Shown here piece after piece: positions 61,790 through 64,000 of a stretch of 64,000 bases of DNA. Location: assembly GCA_009602725.1 (NCBI GenBank), contig WELB01000022.1, forward strand, positions 246,715-310,714, read 5' to 3'. Position numbers and translations under genes: made by a program. This DNA comes from Spirogloea muscicola (taxonomy: Eukaryota). The first letter of the stretch is position 1. Each line of letters opens with the position of its first letter. The notes below the pieces were generated by a model. That model was not told where the DNA came from. It did not search any database and worked only from the letters and a program-made list of their open reading frames with translations.

Positions 61790-63290
61790 ACAAGGTCCGA
61801 AGGGGCCGAAAAGTGCTGAAACACACAACTAAACCAAATACCACGAAAGTTAGTCACTTGGTATCCTCTACCAAGAAGCCGCAATTAAAATCTTAGCTGC
61901 CAAAAGCAATCCTTGACGAAAGCCAGAGGCGGCAGCTAGAGCACGGCCAGCACGCAGATGAGAGGTGTGGGCCAAGGACCGCTCGAGGCAGATTGGACAG
62001 GTGCATACGACGTCCTGTGCGAGCAAGCCAGCGGCGTTGAAGTCAGCTTGCTCGTCCCGCCTGTGGGACACAGCGCGGCGCGCAAGCCGGGTGAAAAAGG
62101 TCCAGCTATTGAGGCCCGAAAGCCCGATGCACATCGATGGCCAGTGGAGCGGGTTTGCCGCATGGTCCACGTACTTTGCCGAGAGCGGCATTTGGTGCTG
62201 CATGCCCAGCCTTCGAGCACCCCGGATTGGAGCGATTGCACCACATCTGTAATGACTACGTCCGCAATGATTCGCGGGACCCAGCCCGGCGTGGTAGCCA
62301 CCAGGTCGACCCTCCGCATATGGAGTCCGTCAGCCCTGAATGGGCATGATGGACGTATTTTCAATGGCCACTGTGTACCCAGCCTCCAGGAATGCCAAAA
62401 AGTGCATCCCTGAGGAGGCCGTGAGCAGCCGTTTGCTGGCCTCACATGCAAAGAGGAGGACATGTGCAGCCTGGTCCAATGAATCCGCTACCCGTTCGCC
62501 ACATTCAGACTGCAGTATTACCAGAAGACAGGGCGAGGGAAGGCCCAGGAGGCGTTGGATGGCCTTGCGAAAATTGTCATCCAGCATCCGAAGGGCGTCG
62601 TTCAGTGGAAGAGCCGAGGGCCAGGCCGCCACGCCAGGTGAGGATGGCGACCGCACTGGGCTGTGAAAAGCCAGACCGAAGAGAATGTAAGACTTGAGGA
62701 GGGCGATGGCTGTGATTGGCCAGCCCAGAGTAAAACAATTGACGAAGTTCGAGGGGCCAGAAAGGCCGTTAGAGCACAGCGACTCAAGTTGCCACTGGGT
62801 GCTCAACATCCCCTAGTGAGCACTGGTCTTTCTGACTTGCGTCTCCTAAGTTGAGTTTACTGAGGGATTATCCTACTGGGAAAGCTTTCGGAAAGCGCTT
62901 TTCGGCCCCTTCAGACCTTGTCAATTCTTTTAGGGCTTGCTGTTCACAGAGAGAAGGCGCGCGGTACGCATGACACTGAAGAGTGAGGCCAATTCTAGCA
63001 CTTACAAATGTCCTGTTATGGCGTAATGAGCTAGCTACACAGAAACAGCTGATTCCAGCCCTCGCCCACTTTTGGAATTGCTCACTACGTCGGGGGCCCT
63101 GCCCACCGACCCCGGATGGCAGGCGCCATCCGGGTCCGACGAGGGCGAAGCAGCTTACACGGCCGGGCCTCCTGGCCGAGCGGTGCGAGGCGCGGCCGGA
63201 TCGATAGCTCCATTCTTTTGGGCTGGCCTCTCCCAGCCACCAGTTACTCTGGCCGCGCTAGCTCGAAGCAGCTTACACTAACCCCAATTT
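61790..63290. mobile_element. Degenerate long RLE copy (61868-62640, minus, frameshifted) plus UTR fragments
   Basis: AAWPSALPLNDALRMLDDNFRKAIQRLLGLP..ECGE..AAHVL; MRRVDLVATTPG..IIADVVITD; LRAGRALAAASGFRQG; UTR copies at 62655-62770(-), 62810-62948(+), 62948-63030(-), 63205-63260(+). Confidence 0.87.
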
Positions 63291-64000
63291 CACCGCCGGG
63301 CGGCAACCCGAGCGGCGGAACTTGGACGGCTGGGCGAGCCTTCCGGGGTGGCATGAACGTGGCGGCGCCGCACGGCCGCGGGTGCCCGAAGCTTCCGGCC
63401 CGTCGAGCAGGCCGGTGGTGACGTCGGCGGGCGGGGCCGCCCGAGGAGGCCCGCCGAGAGCCCGCGCGGCTAACGAGGGCCGCGTTGCCCTCTTCTCGTC
63501 CATTCCAGTCGGCCTGGCCTTCTTCACAGCCCTCGCCCGCGTCGTTCGTTTCTCTTGGGCGGGCCTCTCACAGTCGTGGCCTTATAGACGGGAAGAGCTA
63601 CGTCTCCTCCATACTGAACAGAGCCTTCTTGCTTTGGTCCTATTACCGGTCACCGCCCAGGCCACTGGAGCTAGGCGCCGCGGCGGTCGGGCGGCCATTC
63701 GCTGCGGCTACNGCTCCCGGCGGGCCGGCCGGCGGCCAGCGGCCAGCGGCCAGCACCCAGCGGCAGGGCGAGAAGGCGGCTCCATCCCGGACCGCAGCCA
63801 GGCGCACGGAGGCGCGGCGGCGGCTTGCGAGTCACGAGTGCCCGCTGGCGGAGGAGCGGCCGTCGCAGTGGCGGCGCTTGCCGCTGGCGCATTTAGTGAG
63901 GCCGTCCACTCGCCGGCCTCCCTGCCATGTCTGGAATCCCATGTTAGGGACCTCAGGAGGAGGACACTCATCGCCAGTAGAGGGTACCCGGGTTAGTGCC

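Overview
Eukaryotic, intron-rich, GC-rich draft-assembly DNA with four N-gaps. The gene set is plant-like and suggests a streptophyte green alga or early-diverging land plant (inference). About 14 spliced housekeeping genes are recognisable: ureidoglycolate hydrolase-like, a coiled-coil protein, APS kinase, an ASG1/At2g24100-type PH-like protein, ENPP phosphodiesterase, COQ9, a tandem CCCH zinc finger, a Trp/Tyr permease, two convergent GT23 alpha-1,6-fucosyltransferase-like paralogs, EMG1/NEP1, a USP-like protein, an NT5C-type HAD nucleotidase and an SCI1-like protein. The most striking non-genic signal is dozens of 5'-truncated 3' ends of a CRE-clade-like non-LTR retrotransposon with a restriction-like endonuclease (RLE). 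These copies fall into several subfamilies. All share the C-terminus '...SDLxxLxRGY*', most carry a structured 3' UTR, and they end in CT-rich tails. They pile up in nested clusters only in intergenic regions that contain a gene 5' end, with none seen in introns or between convergent 3' ends. They recur as head-to-head pairs, including a ~670 bp fold-back palindrome directly upstream of a gene. No reverse transcriptase domain is visible in the window.
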